Source of the DNA: a virus
Virus record (IMG/VR): IMGVR_UViG_3300009163_003337
Coordinates: 1 to 64,000 of that record
Reading direction: 5' to 3' (one strand)
DNA length: 64,000 nucleotides
Of this stretch, positions 12,301 through 22,165 are shown in pieces. Below the pieces are notes generated by a model. The model saw nothing but the letters and a program-made list of their open reading frames with translations. It ran no database searches and was not told the DNA's origin. Both the position numbers and the translations under genes were made by a program. How positions within the stretch are numbered: the stretch's first letter is position 1; each line of letters starts with the position of its first letter.

Positions 12301-12661
12301 TCTCGAGCAACCGGGATATTATTTTATAATAAGTAGTGAATCCTTTAAAAATTTCCGTTTATACAATATAGCATTACTGGAGCATGAAATACAGGCGCTT
12401 TCTTTAGAGAATAAACGCATTGAGGATGTTGTCTTATCTATACCTTGCGGGCAACGGAATAATATAGAGGAGATTGAGAGGTACTTTAAGTATGCAACAC
12501 CTACAACCTCTAAAAATATAGATATCAATATTAATAATTCTATGATAAGTACTAGTATTGACAAACGTAATATTAAAAACATTATACTAAGTCAAGCAGC
12601 AGATATTTTACCTGTAGGTGTTAAGATAAATGATATAAAATTTAATAATTTTAATAAATGA
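9329..12661 (+). CDS. Large virion protein with a LamG/ConA-like region
   Basis: HNF.YRFD..G.ISLYING and LYIG...FRLYN.AL...EI resemble LamG; lies in the structural cluster. Confidence 0.6.
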   Translation: MSLEVYSLSSIATPRAVYLDNFYNYKQKLDIYEQGLQLNVIDAFKSTYDTSINNYTSHYLTGFKKISDFIDTSNIQDQRRTITTPLIFNNLSKTTNIRVLDLQPVRNTDNTTLRILPEVKFTNDGNFFELEFINDSLLRVLHNNRRGYYALNVKRSESTAVFTKEITSFIDQGSGRTANDLVKLYTDVFLFHLDDQGYLQLYQYATDDVLCIVQLTIVSDSVSLTLINNTSKYVCKTTSVIKVNNNNISLLPKLQHSSISYDVSKLHSLKINSNKVTTNLSNQYLLHTNYNTVNDTFNLNYIELNNNRSELGFIKQGTNLNVTSNMGKASTFREYTTLRTGNHQVYGDSNISLSYILYDRDIIAVSDTSTEFQTPQSLYPYKKLNVNDTVFTQNGSMGSTVPLLADRILNTSLTKSTFNSGEFICTWLCYNSVDNTYKWLDRYYYPDRISRQAALSASSMYIITSPIVVDSVSENIKSVVPYVFDKLSDLVFEPGSIYTYFRVGKQNVMDILSKQQPVINNFDCYFTAANNTRVPYISNSLNYDGSRYSSYDVHESINSTSQFTVAFDYYVDDKVSIGHSILNSYDCFTVVNNEQLTPLITLYQDREVLIYNTDYVLIKRVKFNSNVKSIIHNSLLDGFFVVCTDGTITKVSTDGTKIQQKIISDVLDTSIVNYKSHTTDDNNIYFLLDSVGNVAVVDKHTLNTTYTKSTPLPLYSSITQPVNSIIIYNRTIFGVPGDIVKYQTNTKIFFLQGNKQIWRYDLVQNKARVLFDTGSSSVINDFDIVDDNIIFITNKNWYSYTLNRLFVLSGTTTTSTETFKNIHIDTVLEHTYKGTTQSTNLLMLSGAQGSNSGSLYISNLFTGVTTNLGISGIYSPLTSSYRRFFSMTDSNRFVIQEKNTLNFKLKLTNISNTADIDTVSIAVPVGTLDTGFHNFIYRFDAIQGNISLYINGVFYENKVIQPYKYCGASIINENLYIGTTGFKNNNTLATYLEQPGYYFIISSESFKNFRLYNIALLEHEIQALSLENKRIEDVVLSIPCGQRNNIEEIERYFKYATPTTSKNIDININNSMISTSIDKRNIKNIILSQAADILPVGVKINDIKFNNFNK

Positions 12662-14961
12662 TAGATTACTCAAAATATAAACGCTTCTATACAAGTGGAG
12701 GTCAATTTAAATTAGCTGATTCAAACTATATTGGATATGTTGAGGTAATTAATGGTGTACCTTTTGTATCTAAGGATGTTAGCTACAGTCAGGTAGAGAG
12801 TCAAGCTGCGATATATCAGCTAAGCTATAATACAGACTTTGCAACACTACTACAGCTATCAGAGTTTTTAATCGATAGACGTATAACAGATAATACATCA
12901 TTACCTTATAGCCTAAGTGATATATTATTTGAGGCTAACGACTTCTTAAATTATGATTTATTGCAAGTCAGGGTGGATAAGATAAAACTAAACAACTTGT
13001 ATGTATATTCACGTTGTATAGTGCCTAGTAATCAAATACCAACATCGACTGCTGTCAAATACGCCGGTGTTGCATCACCTCGACGGGAGCAACTTGATAT
13101 ATTGAACGGCTTTACTGACATACCGATATTTGCAAGTACTTTCAACTTTAATGGTCTCGCTAATATAAAGGGATTTGATGTATTTGGTAATAAAGATTCT
13201 AACGACGTATTTAATGTTATAGCCTATACAGAAAACCAACTTATAATTATAAGTTGTAGTGATACCGCTGTTACAGTTGAGGAAATTTCAAATTACTATG
13301 ACACGAGTGATACAACAAATGAGCTTGTGTTTACATCTATAGGTGGAATGGCTATTGTAGGTAATAAGCTGTTTGTTTCAGATACAGAGGGTAATGCTGT
13401 GATGAAGTATGATCTTACTACATATGTAGGTGTTGATAGTATTGTTCACAGAAGAAGGTTAGAGGATGTACTAACTAGTACAGATAGTGTCAAAGGGAAT
13501 AAGTCAGCCGTTAAAAAACCTACCTTAATAGCAGCTTCATCTAAGCTACTAGCTATATATAGTTCAGGGGAGCTTGCAATTAAAGTATATGATATTAACT
13601 TTAACTTTAAAGCAGTTATACGCAGCATATCATTTAAGCAGGAAGCTATACAGGCATTAGAAATTGATAAGTTAACTGATAGATTGTATGTCTGCACTAA
13701 AACAAAATTTAATAAATATAAGCTGTACGTTTATAATGATAATTTAACACTAGCTGATACGTATGAGCTTAGTATTTTATTAACAATAAATGAGGTTATT
13801 AACAGTATGCGATTTGCGTATAGTGATAGTAATTATTTTTATATTGCGACTAATTTTAATATTTATAAATTGCTTGTAAATCGACCTGACCAGCTATTAG
13901 GTAAATTTGATAGCTCTAAGCTCTATACAAACACTCGGGTATCAGAAGAAGGTGCACCAATTTTTGAGGTTGCAACAGAAGTTACTTACTTCGAAGACGT
14001 TACATCAACCAATAACGTAAGTGTAGGAGCTGCTACTAGTACTATTCAAACTGTGTCATCGGTTGTAACAAGTCTTTCAAGTACTATAGCATATGTTGCG
14101 ATACCATTTGAAGTGCAACGGTTGATTCAAACATCTTCAAGTACAACGAATGATATATGGAACTATATAAATATAGATTATAAGAGTAGTGAGTTTCTAT
14201 GGAATACGGGTCAGATTACGACTATATCAACTGATAATTATATAACTGAGACAATATATGTTGATACGCCTGTGACTATATACACCACGGTATCTAGTAT
14301 AGCCCTATCAAGTAACGTAAACACTACAGTAACTACAACAGTATCAACTGGAACGGTAAGACTATCGAGTATAGCTTACACTCAACAGCTTTCTAGCGTA
14401 TTTGCAGACACTTATATATCAACATTGTTTAATGACTCGTTTAAGAGTTTTAGTATACTACCTCAGTCAGATAATACGGATAAACTGATATTTATAACGA
14501 AAGGTAAGATTTACTTTTTTAATGAAAGTAACGAGTATAATTCGGTGTTAAAGTATAATGATATAGCAAATTATGGATCGACATTCAATCTCGACTCAGA
14601 CGAGTATGTACAAGGTAGTACAATTAACAAGGAATTTCATAAGGTATCTAGAGATATTATAAGTCTAAAGAATAATATCGTAGGTAGATTTACCGGTAAG
14701 TATGATGCAAGTAATGCGTTTATATATACTGATTATAATTATAATATCGATATGTCTAATTTTATCGATGGTGATATAGAAGATTTTTTCATACACGATA
14801 ATGAAAAAAATACGCTTGGTGTGTTCAATCGTGTTATTACACAGATATATATGTTGCAGGAAAATTTAATTGAGCTTACAAAAGCTGATAGAGGTGACGA
14901 TGTATCGCCTGTCTTTAATGTTGGTCAGGGGTATCCAAGTAATGTATTGATAATAGAATAG
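12658..14961 (+). CDS. Virion protein with beta-propeller-like repeats and a Ser/Thr-rich insert
   Basis: LFVSD..N.V.KYD and I.VYD.NFNF resemble NHL repeats; Thr/Ser-rich stretch at about 13930-14420. Confidence 0.55.
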   Translation: MIDYSKYKRFYTSGGQFKLADSNYIGYVEVINGVPFVSKDVSYSQVESQAAIYQLSYNTDFATLLQLSEFLIDRRITDNTSLPYSLSDILFEANDFLNYDLLQVRVDKIKLNNLYVYSRCIVPSNQIPTSTAVKYAGVASPRREQLDILNGFTDIPIFASTFNFNGLANIKGFDVFGNKDSNDVFNVIAYTENQLIIISCSDTAVTVEEISNYYDTSDTTNELVFTSIGGMAIVGNKLFVSDTEGNAVMKYDLTTYVGVDSIVHRRRLEDVLTSTDSVKGNKSAVKKPTLIAASSKLLAIYSSGELAIKVYDINFNFKAVIRSISFKQEAIQALEIDKLTDRLYVCTKTKFNKYKLYVYNDNLTLADTYELSILLTINEVINSMRFAYSDSNYFYIATNFNIYKLLVNRPDQLLGKFDSSKLYTNTRVSEEGAPIFEVATEVTYFEDVTSTNNVSVGAATSTIQTVSSVVTSLSSTIAYVAIPFEVQRLIQTSSSTTNDIWNYINIDYKSSEFLWNTGQITTISTDNYITETIYVDTPVTIYTTVSSIALSSNVNTTVTTTVSTGTVRLSSIAYTQQLSSVFADTYISTLFNDSFKSFSILPQSDNTDKLIFITKGKIYFFNESNEYNSVLKYNDIANYGSTFNLDSDEYVQGSTINKEFHKVSRDIISLKNNIVGRFTGKYDASNAFIYTDYNYNIDMSNFIDGDIEDFFIHDNEKNTLGVFNRVITQIYMLQENLIELTKADRGDDVSPVFNVGQGYPSNVLIIE

Positions 14962-14965
14962 CCGG

Positions 14966-14973
14966 TATAAATA
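14966..14973 (+). promoter_or_regulatory. T4-type late promoter TATAAATA
   Basis: Exact consensus, 6 nt before ATG 14980. Confidence 0.7.
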
Positions 14974-14979
14974 TATTAA

Positions 14980-15657
14980 ATGTCATCCTTAACCAACACT
15001 AAGATTAATGTTACCTATACTGGAGTATTACACTCTAATGGAGCGGCTATTCCACAGACTGGTTTACAGTTCGTCTATGATGGCGCTGGCAATCAATCAT
15101 CTTTTGCTGTTGGTAGAGATGGTCAAGGAGCAACTGTATCAGGACGATTAAATTGTACAACCTTAAATGTAACAAACCCTATTGACATTATAAATTTAAT
15201 ATATCCTGTAGGTAGTGTAATATTAAATATGACAGGTGCAAGCCCTACCGGTTACTTACCTGGTACAACTTGGGTTCAGATTTCACAAGGCCGCTTTCTT
15301 GTGGGTACCGGTACGGGTTACGATTCACGTGGTACTCCTTCATTTTATGAGCATGGGGGTGTTGCTGGATATTATACTCAATCTTTTACTTTCTCTCTTC
15401 CATACCATAGACATGGAACAGGGGGATTCAATGCGGCTGGAAATGATGACTGGTATCCTATATATATAGGAGATTTTGGTGAAAATATTGGTGGTAGGTG
15501 GGTTGCAGGAGATTCGGACCGACCAAATTGGAACACGATCGGCTCCACATATGGAACCGGTACTACAGGTCCAAAGAATAGCAATAACGGTAGCACCGAT
15601 TGGGCTTTAACGGCACCACCTGGTTTCGGTGTAACTGTTTGGCAGAGAACTTCATAA
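14980..15657 (+). CDS. Baseplate/short-fibre protein (gp10 C-terminal or collar-like)
   Basis: IYPVGSV...P..Y+.G.TW....GRF+VG, H.H, and a C-terminal PP...V..W.RT. Confidence 0.75.
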   Translation: MSSLTNTKINVTYTGVLHSNGAAIPQTGLQFVYDGAGNQSSFAVGRDGQGATVSGRLNCTTLNVTNPIDIINLIYPVGSVILNMTGASPTGYLPGTTWVQISQGRFLVGTGTGYDSRGTPSFYEHGGVAGYYTQSFTFSLPYHRHGTGGFNAAGNDDWYPIYIGDFGENIGGRWVAGDSDRPNWNTIGSTYGTGTTGPKNSNNGSTDWALTAPPGFGVTVWQRTS

Positions 15658-15669
15658 TAATAAAATAAT

Positions 15670-16728
15670 ATGCCTGATATCAAAATTATAAAGCTAAAAA
15701 TAAGGAGGGGTACTGATGTTCAGCGTAAATCAGTTATTTTAGAGCAAGGCGAACTCGGATATACAATTGATTATAAGCGTGTATTTGTAGGTGATGGTAG
15801 TACCACTGGAGGCATCGCTATTGGCAGTAAGGCACATCAACCTACTGAAGCAAATCTATCAACTATCACATCTGCTGTAAATGGAGATATTGTACTAAGG
15901 GGCAGCTTGTTGTATCAACTAACCGGCTCTAGTAATACTGCTGCATCCGATTGGGTATATATAGGTACTCAGGCTGATAATTCTACAATTAGTTTAAGTG
16001 GTAGTAAACTAGCCATTAAGGATAACGGTATAACAGGCAATAAATTTAACAGAGCTGCAGCATACTTATCTGGTGGTATTCTCGTACACCCTACGTTAGG
16101 CTTATCTGCAAATGTTGACAATAGCACGATAACGGTTACTGCTACAGGTAAATTATCTGTAAATCAGATCGATCAACGACATGTTGCAGCTAGTACCTTT
16201 GGTCGAGGTATTCAGAGTGATGCAGACGGTAAATATGAACTAGCTGTAGAACCTGATCAGTTTAGGTTTAACAGTAATCTTTTAGTATTATCCGGTATAC
16301 CATCATATACACTTAGTTCGATTGCAGGTGCAGGACTTGAGGTTGTAAGTAATAAGCTAAGCACAAAAATTAAAGGTATAAGTGATAGTAACTTTCAACT
16401 TAACGTGGGTAATCAGACGCTTGAACTTAAACCGATTTTACAATCAAGTGGTACAGCAAAATTCTCTAATATAGTATATAACGCGTTCGGTCAGATCACA
16501 AGTGCTACACCTACAATAGTGTTGGGGGTCAGTTCTGGAGTTACCGCTGCTTATAACGGGCATATAGATCAAACAATATTTACTAATCAAACGCTAGTTA
16601 CAACAGTATCTACTAATCCATCTGGTACAACTGCGACAGGTATACTCACGTCAGCAGGCTTTATCTTAATTGATACACAAATGGGCAAGCTTGCATTACC
16701 TGTTTTTAAGCATAACTACAATATATAA
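15670..16728 (+). CDS. Tail fibre protein with an Mtd_N-like N-terminus
   Basis: KIRRGT....L.QGELGYT.D.KR+++GDG.T.GG; DNSTI repeats. Confidence 0.75.
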   Translation: MPDIKIIKLKIRRGTDVQRKSVILEQGELGYTIDYKRVFVGDGSTTGGIAIGSKAHQPTEANLSTITSAVNGDIVLRGSLLYQLTGSSNTAASDWVYIGTQADNSTISLSGSKLAIKDNGITGNKFNRAAAYLSGGILVHPTLGLSANVDNSTITVTATGKLSVNQIDQRHVAASTFGRGIQSDADGKYELAVEPDQFRFNSNLLVLSGIPSYTLSSIAGAGLEVVSNKLSTKIKGISDSNFQLNVGNQTLELKPILQSSGTAKFSNIVYNAFGQITSATPTIVLGVSSGVTAAYNGHIDQTIFTNQTLVTTVSTNPSGTTATGILTSAGFILIDTQMGKLALPVFKHNYNI

Positions 16729-16733
16729 AGAAT

Positions 16734-18452
16734 ATGTCTGAAAACAAAATAGAAATTTATGAAAATACATTACTGAAGCTATTAGTTCGTCGTGGTACTA
16801 ATCTTGATAGGCAGAGTGTTATTCTCAGTGAGGGGGAATTAGGATATACTACAGACTCACAACGTCTCTATATTGGTGATGGCTCTACACCTGGCGGTAA
16901 TTTAATTGGTAATAAATTTAGAGGATCAGTTAACGATGTTACTGGTTTATCTGATATAATCGTAGGTGACTATGCTTTTGATGAGGATGATCTTAAGTTA
17001 TATGTATACACTGGAACAGGCGGTGTAGCGGATTCAAAGGAAAAAGATATAGCAAATTGGCGCGTTATTGGCGGTACATACGCGCCCGGTAACAACTCCA
17101 TACAAATAAGTAACTTAAACAAGATAACGGTAGGTCAACTATCTGCGGGTAATTTTTCAACTAACGCTATATTAGATACACTGTTTATTGATACTGCTGG
17201 CAAATTAGGACTTAAATCTATACCTAGTCCTATTCAAATTAATGGTATAGGCTATAACCTCCCTATAAACAGCGGACCACCACAATCATTTTTAAGTACT
17301 GATGGTAATAGTAATTTAAGTTGGCGTGATTTTGTATCTGAACCGTCACTCTTTGTTTCAAGTACGGCAGGTCAAATACCCGTAGGTTCTGTTATGCCGT
17401 TTAGTTCGGATATTTTACCTGCAGGCTGGCTACTGTGTGATGGTTCTTCTTATAACATAGCGACTCCTTATAACAGCTTATGTAGTGTCATAGGTTATAA
17501 GTACGGCGGTACGGTGGGTATGACATTTAAGGTTCCAAATTATATTAACAAGACCTTATATGGAACTGCGCTTAATGCTGCAGGATCTACTATATTCAAG
17601 TCTTTTTCTGGTACAGCTGTAACCTTGAGTGCTACAGCATTAAGCGCACAAGGAGCTAATTATATTATTAAGTATAAGTCAGATTATGTTATTTCATCAG
17701 AAATAACTATCGGTGGAGGATTAACTGCTCGTCGTTCTACCTCTTTAAATCAAAAGCTAAGTGATTATAGTGATGTAACAGAAGTAAAAGTTGGCTTGCT
17801 AGATTTTCATACTGTCGTAGGGCTACCAGAGGTATTTTCATCTCAAGTCGTACCAGGGGGCATGGGTGTTTATGTTGATGCATATGGTAGAGTAACGAAT
17901 ACTGACACTCAGCAAGCTGGTACCCAAACAACAATAGCTACAAATACAATTGCTTATAATTCACTTTCTCCTATAGTATTTCTTAAAACCCCTATTTCAA
18001 TTATTAACTTTAGTAGTGGTAATGATTTTTCTTGTAAGACTACATTAACAGGTTATCCAGCTATTGCGACTTTCTCGGGTGCTGCGGGCTTGAGCGCAGT
18101 CGCGACTACACCAGCTTTACCATCTAGTCTTCCGAGTACAGCGAAAAATATTATATTAGAAGCTCGTGCATCTAAGTTAGGACCCTCTATTGGTAACACA
18201 AAGACACTTATACTAGGAGCACCACACGTTAGCTCACTAGAGGCTCATGGGGTAACGTCAGTAGGTCAAAATGAGTATGTCATATTAATGCCTGAAGCTA
18301 CAGGAGGAAGTAGTCAAGTCTCAACTACATCGCAAGTATTCCTGCCCTTATCAGCCGCATCCAACGGGTATCTAACATATGCACTAAGGGTTGACTTTGC
18401 AAAGCTAGCTGAATTATCGGTTGTACTGCGTGTCGTAGGATATACTAATTAA
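16734..18452 (+). CDS. Tail fibre protein with Mtd_N-like and tail-collar domains
   Basis: RRGT...L.EGELGYT.D..RLYIGDG and PVGSVMPF...P.GWLLCDGS...F.VP. Confidence 0.8.
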   Translation: MSENKIEIYENTLLKLLVRRGTNLDRQSVILSEGELGYTTDSQRLYIGDGSTPGGNLIGNKFRGSVNDVTGLSDIIVGDYAFDEDDLKLYVYTGTGGVADSKEKDIANWRVIGGTYAPGNNSIQISNLNKITVGQLSAGNFSTNAILDTLFIDTAGKLGLKSIPSPIQINGIGYNLPINSGPPQSFLSTDGNSNLSWRDFVSEPSLFVSSTAGQIPVGSVMPFSSDILPAGWLLCDGSSYNIATPYNSLCSVIGYKYGGTVGMTFKVPNYINKTLYGTALNAAGSTIFKSFSGTAVTLSATALSAQGANYIIKYKSDYVISSEITIGGGLTARRSTSLNQKLSDYSDVTEVKVGLLDFHTVVGLPEVFSSQVVPGGMGVYVDAYGRVTNTDTQQAGTQTTIATNTIAYNSLSPIVFLKTPISIINFSSGNDFSCKTTLTGYPAIATFSGAAGLSAVATTPALPSSLPSTAKNIILEARASKLGPSIGNTKTLILGAPHVSSLEAHGVTSVGQNEYVILMPEATGGSSQVSTTSQVFLPLSAASNGYLTYALRVDFAKLAELSVVLRVVGYTN

Positions 18453-18453
18453 T

Positions 18454-18615
18454 ATGAAAGAGATAATATTTGAAGATCTAGAAGAGGTAGATTTCTTAAT
18501 GATTAGGAAGGTGCTTGAGGCATATAAAATAAACTTTCTAGACACATCGGCGTGCGCTCAGTTGACGTCAACTCATAAGAAAATACTAGAGATTATAAAG
18601 CAGTTAAGTGAATAA
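18454..18615 (+). CDS. Small hypothetical protein (53 aa, absent from the ORF track)
   Basis: ATG 18454 to TAA 18615, MKEIIFEDLEEVDFLMIRKVLEAY...; fills the gap after the fibre gene. Confidence 0.55.
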   Translation: MKEIIFEDLEEVDFLMIRKVLEAYKINFLDTSACAQLTSTHKKILEIIKQLSE

Positions 18616-18623
18616 ATATATGT

Positions 18624-18836
18624 GTGACTGCCTCAGAAAGAGCCATAGCACTCGGTGAAGAGTTTACTGAGTATATGCTTGTAGATGAGAAGCGAAAAAG
18701 TATTATTATAAATATAGAGGATATTTATTTTAATATATTATACCGTGAATATAAAAGACTGGGCTTTTATATTAGACACGTAACTTATTTTAAAGCAAAA
18801 AATATAATGACTTGTGTCTTCTCGGCAGATTGTTGA
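18624..18836 (+). CDS. Hypothetical protein
   Basis: GTG start 5 nt after AATAAATA. Confidence 0.55.
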   Translation: MTASERAIALGEEFTEYMLVDEKRKSIIINIEDIYFNILYREYKRLGFYIRHVTYFKAKNIMTCVFSADC

Positions 18837-18850
18837 TATAAATAATGTAT

Positions 18851-20461
18851 ATGCAGTATCCTTTGTTTAGTATTACCCCAAAGGCAATTAATGTTGTATC
18901 AAAATATGCATACTGCCCTCAGTTCGATATTGTGTGGTCTTTTGACTATGCTATAAGCGGCAATGCAGTTACAGAAGCGGGATTTACAGTTTTTTTAACG
19001 CAGGATGTAAATGCCGTCGGCGGCAGCGGCGGGATCGATCTTGGTTATTCAGGTATCGGTAGAGTAATTGGACAAGGCCAAAACTACACTTATCTCAATA
19101 AAGGTCTCTCGGGTGGTGTTATTGCAGTAGGCTTTGATACTACAGGCTCGTTTCCTCTAAGTACAACTAGTAGCTTTATACTGGAGCCAGGAATGACACT
19201 TCGTAATGGTATTGCAGATTCAGATCGAATATTAAATAGTGTCTCTATTAGAGCTTTGTCAAGTTTTGATTATAATGTATATAAATTTAATGTGTCTATT
19301 AATGAACTCGATCCAACATTTAAGATTGTAGAGAGTGATCTTAGATATAAAACGATGAGAGTTAGATTAGGTAATATAGGTAGAACCCTATATATTGATT
19401 ACCGCTATACACCAGAAGACGTATTTCGTAATATACTTACTTATGATGTGGATTTAGGCTCAACGAGTGACACTAAGTATAAAGTTGGTGCGTCTTTCGC
19501 AACACCTATCTTTACAAACAGTATAACTCGCGTTGGAAATATTTTTATTAAGAATTTTCATACTGAGGGTAGTAGTGTATCTGGTACCATTGCGGCTGCA
19601 AGTAGTGTGTTGAATTTAGATAGCATATACAATAGTAATAATACAGCTGCTCAAAATGTTGATGAAGCTGAAACTCCGGAAATAGTAAGTACTGCTATAT
19701 CGACTGAAAATATGATGGATGGTATGTCTACGATCATAAATACTTTTAATTCAGCTCAAATTATAACATTACCTGCTAATTCTATAGACGGCTATAATTT
19801 TACATATCAGCTTCTCCTTTCAAGCGTAGGAGTACAGCCATTAAATACTGTATTGACACGAGTTGGTGTCTTTGAGTATAGGGGTGATAATTTATATCTA
19901 TTTAAAGAAAATAAGTGTACATACTGGACTCTTACTGGCTTAATAAACGGTGATCAACGTGCTGCTAACAACTCTACCAGTGTTAATAAGACGCTACCAA
20001 CAAGCATTTTTACAACAACCTGTGGTACAGTTATAACTTTAACTTCTACCGCACATATAATAGTGCCTCCAATAGTGCCTCCGATACTACCTGTAATAAC
20101 ACCTACACCGTTTATTGTTGATTGTGGTGGTGTAGTTGAATATAGTGGTGAAAAAGGTACATATGAAGTTCTAGTTAATTTAGGCACCACAAAAGGTAGA
20201 GTCTCGTTTGATTATAATGCATATAATATTCAAGACCGGTTTCGAGTTAAGTGGAATAATGATGTGGTTATTGATACAGGCTATGTAGGTTACCCCTACG
20301 AAGAAAGTCCGCCGGATCCCCATATAGTCGGGGATGGTCAAGGCAGTACATCTTTCAATAAAATATCGGCGCTACCTTCAACTGCTTTAGTTACAGTTGA
20401 TGCACCGCTAGACGGTACGGAATGGACTTTTACAATGGGTTGCCCAGTACCTATACCGTAG
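18851..20461 (+). CDS. Putative receptor-binding protein with a legume-lectin (ConA)-like domain
   Basis: GFTVFL....GG.G..LGYSG...IAVGFDT, then a Pro-rich linker and a C-terminal beta domain. TATAAATA at 18837-18844 favours ATG 18851. Confidence 0.6.
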   Translation: MQYPLFSITPKAINVVSKYAYCPQFDIVWSFDYAISGNAVTEAGFTVFLTQDVNAVGGSGGIDLGYSGIGRVIGQGQNYTYLNKGLSGGVIAVGFDTTGSFPLSTTSSFILEPGMTLRNGIADSDRILNSVSIRALSSFDYNVYKFNVSINELDPTFKIVESDLRYKTMRVRLGNIGRTLYIDYRYTPEDVFRNILTYDVDLGSTSDTKYKVGASFATPIFTNSITRVGNIFIKNFHTEGSSVSGTIAAASSVLNLDSIYNSNNTAAQNVDEAETPEIVSTAISTENMMDGMSTIINTFNSAQIITLPANSIDGYNFTYQLLLSSVGVQPLNTVLTRVGVFEYRGDNLYLFKENKCTYWTLTGLINGDQRAANNSTSVNKTLPTSIFTTTCGTVITLTSTAHIIVPPIVPPILPVITPTPFIVDCGGVVEYSGEKGTYEVLVNLGTTKGRVSFDYNAYNIQDRFRVKWNNDVVIDTGYVGYPYEESPPDPHIVGDGQGSTSFNKISALPSTALVTVDAPLDGTEWTFTMGCPVPIP

Positions 20462-20487
20462 CCGTAAGATTCGTATAATTACATCTC

Positions 20488-21480
20488 ATGATAAATCAAT
20501 CTACAGACATAAAAATTAGCCTACACGGACAGTATAAAATATCTATACAGTCTGATGATTGTATAGATTACGACTCTAACTGGTGTAATAATACAATCTT
20601 ATCAGGAGGCTTGGCGGAATTATACTCATATACATTTTTAGAAATTATGAGTCTACTAGATTTAGGAAGTAACTCAACTCTTGGTGGGTCTTCGGGTTAT
20701 GGTCTATCGGGTGTAGTAAGCTCGATACTACCTTTTACTAATATCTATAATGACTTCAGGGATACCTTTATAGATAGCACCACTTCGAGAGTTTATCACG
20801 CTTACTATACGTCGATTAAAGCGCCGTATGATATAACTGTGAGTGAGTTTGCAGTAAAACGGAAGCAAGCAGGTGTTGCTTTCGCGCGTAATGTGTTTAC
20901 TGAGTCATACCAGGTGAAGAAGGGTCAACATATTAATTTTCAATATAGATTAAAGGTGAACTGGGAGTCAACCGTAGATACTAAATTACTTACAGTGAGT
21001 ACAGGAACTTCATCCTTCACAGTACCTACAACATCAGCTACCTATAACATACCACATAACCGAGCTTACTATAATAATAATAAACTCGTACTTGCTAACA
21101 CAGCAAATAGTATTATAGATAAATCAGCTCTGCCGCTATTTGGTGATAAATACCCCGGTGATGTATTTACTTTCGCAATTAATTCAAGTAACCAAAAATC
21201 TATTATTAACCCTATAGAGATCTCTAGAGGTCATAACGAAGGTAGAACATATAGTGTTAGTACAAGGTATAGTAATATAACGAGTCGTGCAGATAGTGTA
21301 GCAATAAACTTTATTAATAATGCATACCTTGTTAGTGACGGTGAAATTGACATACCGTCTAATTGGTTCTATATAACTCGCTTCGCTTTTCCTATTATAA
21401 TTTATAACGAAGTAGCTGCATGTGCAGGTATAGCTACTTCAAATAAATTATCTCTCACATATAATTATACGTGGGGATAA
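20488..21480 (+). CDS. Hypothetical virion protein
   Basis: N(T)IL..G and EF...FAR.V pattern seen in tail proteins; TATAATTA 6 nt upstream. Confidence 0.5.
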   Translation: MINQSTDIKISLHGQYKISIQSDDCIDYDSNWCNNTILSGGLAELYSYTFLEIMSLLDLGSNSTLGGSSGYGLSGVVSSILPFTNIYNDFRDTFIDSTTSRVYHAYYTSIKAPYDITVSEFAVKRKQAGVAFARNVFTESYQVKKGQHINFQYRLKVNWESTVDTKLLTVSTGTSSFTVPTTSATYNIPHNRAYYNNNKLVLANTANSIIDKSALPLFGDKYPGDVFTFAINSSNQKSIINPIEISRGHNEGRTYSVSTRYSNITSRADSVAINFINNAYLVSDGEIDIPSNWFYITRFAFPIIIYNEVAACAGIATSNKLSLTYNYTWG

Positions 21481-21496
21481 ACAGCGACAGTATCAG

Positions 21497-21739
21497 TTAA
21501 ATATTGCCCATCAGCGCTTCTACAGTTAAGTCATGCTTCATTGAATGAAAGCGTTCGTCAATGTACTTTTGAAACGCAAGTGGCTTAACCCACTCTATAT
21601 TATCTTTACCGTATCCTAGCTCGTCACATTTATTTGAAACCTGCTCAACACCTTCAAGCAAACACACCCAGCGTGTTAACTCATCAATACCCATATCAAC
21701 ATTATTACCATTCTTAAGTTTAAATTTAAACGTTCTCAT
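21497..21739 (-). CDS. Hypothetical protein
   Basis: Clean ORF with a GGAAC-type motif upstream. Confidence 0.65.
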   Translation of the reverse strand: MRTFKFKLKNGNNVDMGIDELTRWVCLLEGVEQVSNKCDELGYGKDNIEWVKPLAFQKYIDERFHSMKHDLTVEALMGNI

Positions 21740-21747
21740 TATATCTT

Positions 21748-21763
21748 ATTATATCATAGTTCC
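21748..21763 (-). promoter_or_regulatory. GGAAC-N5-TATAAT putative promoter
   Basis: GGAAC TATGA TATAAT, 8 nt before ATG 21739; one of five copies. Confidence 0.55.
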
Positions 21764-22165
21764 CTTCTTCTTAAGAACATCAAAAGCATTCTCAAGATTT
21801 AACGGCTCAGTTAACAAGACGGTATCGAAGGTAATATTGATGCGAAACTTACTGTTACACTTTGTACACAGCACAACATTATCTGAATTAATTAGTACTG
21901 GTATTTCTGATGTTACTTGGCCACACGGACAAGTCGTCTTTATAACCTGCGTCTGTAGAAGATTGTTAAATGCTGCTTGCGCTACATCATCATCGTTATG
22001 ATGATCTTGCTTTATTTTAGATATATTGAAAATAATAACTAAAAAATGAGTGGTGATTGCAGCTGCGAATCCCTGCCAGAATCCTATTATATGTTGTAAA
22101 ATAAACCCTATGGAAGTACTTACTATCAATATTAGTACTAGGGATAATAGTATTTTTTTATTCAT
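21749..22165 (-). CDS. Membrane protein with a Zn-ribbon
   Basis: Two N-terminal hydrophobic segments; CPCG...CTKC. Confidence 0.65.
   Translation of the reverse strand: MNKKILLSLVLILIVSTSIGFILQHIIGFWQGFAAAITTHFLVIIFNISKIKQDHHNDDDVAQAAFNNLLQTQVIKTTCPCGQVTSEIPVLINSDNVVLCTKCNSKFRINITFDTVLLTEPLNLENAFDVLKKKGTMI

Noticed and set aside
15670-18452. Diversity-generating retroelement suggested by the Mtd_N-like domains
   Set aside because: No reverse transcriptase and no template/variable repeat pair seen; Mtd_N is a common fibre anchor.
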